NCBI GenBank assembly: GCA_017853815.1
Contig: JAFMIT010000003.1
Location: forward strand, 1-37,454
Source of the DNA: Actinomycetota bacterium
Lineage (GTDB): Bacteria > Actinomycetota > Actinomycetes > S36-B12 > UBA5976
DNA: 37,454 nt
Direction of reading: 5' to 3'
The notes below the pieces were generated by a model, which ran no database searches, was not told the DNA's origin, and saw only the letters and a program-made list of their open reading frames with translations. The position numbers and the translations under genes were made by a program. Below, one piece after another: positions 35,424 to 37,454 of the stretch; the first letter of the stretch is position 1; every line of letters starts with the position of its first letter.

Positions 35424-36701
35424 TTACTGAGTCTCGACCTTAGCTTGGGCTTCGTCGAGAGCTTCTTGAGGCGTTTTTACGCCATCAAGAACTTGAGCAA
35501 TCGCCGTATTCAGAGCGTCTGCCATCTTGAGGTCATAACCCGTGTCAGGTGGTGCGACGATGGAAGCGCCGGAGTTGAGCAGGTCAACCATCGACTGGGT
35601 GACAGGGTCGAGAGTGCCAGCATCAGCGGACTTCGCTACGACTGTGAAACCTGCCGCGTTCCAAGCGCCGACAAGATCAGCCGAGAACGCATCCTTCAAG
35701 AACTCCACAGCTTTGTCCTGCTTGGTGCTCTTTGCGTTGACGATGTAGCCGGTGGTCACACCCATGATGCTTTCTTGACTGCCAGCCCCACCATCAATCG
35801 CGGGCAGATTGAACCAACCCAAGTTGATGTCTGGAGCTTGCTCCTGGGCGATACCAATCAGCCACGAGCCGATCGGCAACATGGCAGCGCTTCCCTGCAA
35901 GAACAGGTTGTAACCCTCATTGTCTGGAATCGTGTTTGCACTCGCATTGACGTAGCCACCTTTCTGAAGATCGGTCAGATACGTCAGGCCTTTGACGAAC
36001 TCAGGTGAGTTCATCGGCATCTGCTTGCTCATCACTTTGTCGTAAACCGACTCACCAGCAGATCGAGAGATAAGGTGGCCAATCCAATTGCCAGCAACCC
36101 AAAGGTCTTTGTTGCCCACTGCGAGAGGGGTAACACCCTCGCTCTTGAGCTTCTCACAGAGAGTCAGGAATTCGGCCCATGTGGTTGGAGCGCTGAGACC
36201 CTTCTCTGCGAACATGTCTTTGTTGTACCAAATCACGTTGGTGACATCAGACGTGAAAGGCACCATGTAGACCTTGCCGTCTACCGAAGTCGTGCCAAAG
36301 GCACCTTCCGCGAATTGCTGATCCAGTCCAGATGATGAAACCAGGTCAGTGATGTCTGCGGCATAACCCGCATTCACTTTGTTCACCAAACGAGCGCCAG
36401 CCCACTCGAAGTAGACGTCGGGCGCGTTGTTGCTCGTCAACAAGTTTTGCAGACCAACTGTTTGATACAAGTCATCGTTTTGGACCTGGAACTCAACCTT
36501 CCAGCCTGGGTTGTCCGCCTCAAATTTCGCAGCAGCTTGATCCCACACCTTCTGGCCATCCGAACCATTGCTGCCGAATGCGATGCGAAGCGTCTTGTCA
36601 CCCTCTTCAGAAGATGAACCACATGCACTCGTGAGAGCAACGGACATGGTCATAACAACTGAGACAAGTAACCGACGCAACTTTTTTGGATCTATTCTCA
36701 T
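35424..36701 (-). CDS. Sugar ABC transporter solute-binding lipoprotein
   Basis: Lipobox LTSA|C, APDVY, DGKVYMVP, WYNKDMF, PTTWAEF. Confidence 0.92.
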   Translation of the reverse strand: MRIDPKKLRRLLVSVVMTMSVALTSACGSSSEEGDKTLRIAFGSNGSDGQKVWDQAAAKFEADNPGWKVEFQVQNDDLYQTVGLQNLLTSNNAPDVYFEWAGARLVNKVNAGYAADITDLVSSSGLDQQFAEGAFGTTSVDGKVYMVPFTSDVTNVIWYNKDMFAEKGLSAPTTWAEFLTLCEKLKSEGVTPLAVGNKDLWVAGNWIGHLISRSAGESVYDKVMSKQMPMNSPEFVKGLTYLTDLQKGGYVNASANTIPDNEGYNLFLQGSAAMLPIGSWLIGIAQEQAPDINLGWFNLPAIDGGAGSQESIMGVTTGYIVNAKSTKQDKAVEFLKDAFSADLVGAWNAAGFTVVAKSADAGTLDPVTQSMVDLLNSGASIVAPPDTGYDLKMADALNTAIAQVLDGVKTPQEALDEAQAKVETQ

Positions 36702-36717
36702 GATTGTTCCTTTACCT

Positions 36718-37454
36718 TCATAGTGCCTTCACTCGACCTTGAAATTGTTCAATGAGTGATTGATTGTGTTCATCTCCACCGGCGATGTTGGCGCTAGTGA
36801 AAACTGCTGGGCGACAATTGCGAGCTGCGAGCTTCTCTGCAGCGGCAATGGCAAGGGCGTTGACGATTGCGGCGTTGATGGCGGTGGACGTCGGACCCAT
36901 CGTGAGTCCGGTGTTCGCAATTGAGACACTTGCATCGCCTGGCTGGCCATGATTGTCAAGAGTGACATCAACAATGTCGTTGAGCTTTTCTGTCTTCGAT
37001 CTCGCCTGACTGGATTGGGCATGCGCGAGGCTGGTCAGTGCAATGGTGGGAATCCCTTGTCGTTTTGCTTCCCAGGCGACATCGATGGTGGCTTGGTTTC
37101 CACCCGAATTCGAAATCAGGAGCATGACATCGCGAGACGTGATTTTGTGCTGCTCAAAGAGCTCAGCGGCATTGAGATGAGTTCGTTCTCGTTGAGAACT
37201 ATCGGACGCAGATTCGTGCAACATCAGTTCAGGAATCAGAATCGGATTGATATTTGCAAATCCACCAGCGCGATAAAACAGCTCGAGTGCGATGACATGC
37301 GAATGCCCCGTGCCAAACGCATGCAGCATGCCACCGTTCTCAAACGCGTCAGCCATCATCTTGGCAGCAGAATCAATCGGGCCTTTGAGATCGGTTTCAA
37401 CAAGTTTCAAGAGCTCGATTAAGCGACCGATGTAATCAGAGGATGAGTTGGTCA
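36718..37454 (-). CDS. SIS-domain sugar-phosphate isomerase family protein, 5' end at the window edge
   Basis: FGTGHSH, ELFYRAGG, ISNSG, IALTS, DNHG..GDA. The frame stays open to the edge (xTG ACC AAC TCA...), so the start is probably at position 37455. Confidence 0.85.
   Translation of the reverse strand, partial: TNSSSDYIGRLIELLKLVETDLKGPIDSAAKMMADAFENGGMLHAFGTGHSHVIALELFYRAGGFANINPILIPELMLHESASDSSQRERTHLNAAELFEQHKITSRDVMLLISNSGGNQATIDVAWEAKRQGIPTIALTSLAHAQSSQARSKTEKLNDIVDVTLDNHGQPGDASVSIANTGLTMGPTSTAINAAIVNALAIAAAEKLAARNCRPAVFTSANIAGGDEHNQSLIEQFQGRVKAL

Noticed and set aside
1130-37422. Numerous 60-210 aa antisense and alternate-frame ORFs in the track
   Set aside because: Shadow ORFs of well-supported genes in GC-rich DNA, with no motifs or translation signals.

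Overview
Chromosomal stretch from an Actinomycetota of moderate GC (mid-50s % by eye). An actinorhodopsin-type opsin, class I xylose isomerase, TAnnnT leaderless promoters and basic C-terminal surface domains suggest a planktonic freshwater lineage (inference). Left to right: a truncated ADP-ribosylglycohydrolase (absent from the ORF track) with a PafBC-type promoter; xylA-xylB-aldose epimerase behind a long G-U-rich hairpin; and a ~20 kb putative (acetylated) beta-mannan utilisation locus (GH28-like, GH2 beta-mannosidase, ROK kinase, LacI, secreted C-type-lectin/DUF5060/GH-A fusion, sugar ABC importer, GH5, CE7 esterase, fused ABC transporter, ManA). That locus carries a recurring operator resembling TGACAACGTTGTCA and an opposite-strand AT3-SGNH O-acyltransferase. 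Next come a double-TetR regulator, two membrane proteins, an 816-aa secreted protein with four ~150-aa aromatic-rich repeats behind a structured ~330-nt upstream region, an EEP enzyme, a DTE proton-pumping rhodopsin, Hsp15, hicAB, a GNAT and a second sugar ABC/SIS operon. No rRNA, tRNA, CRISPR or IS element was seen. Best novelty candidates: the EPN-motif C-type-lectin glycoside hydrolase with its regulon, the four-repeat surface protein, and three unannotated strand-specific RNA hairpins. All calls come from reading motifs by eye; no searches were run.
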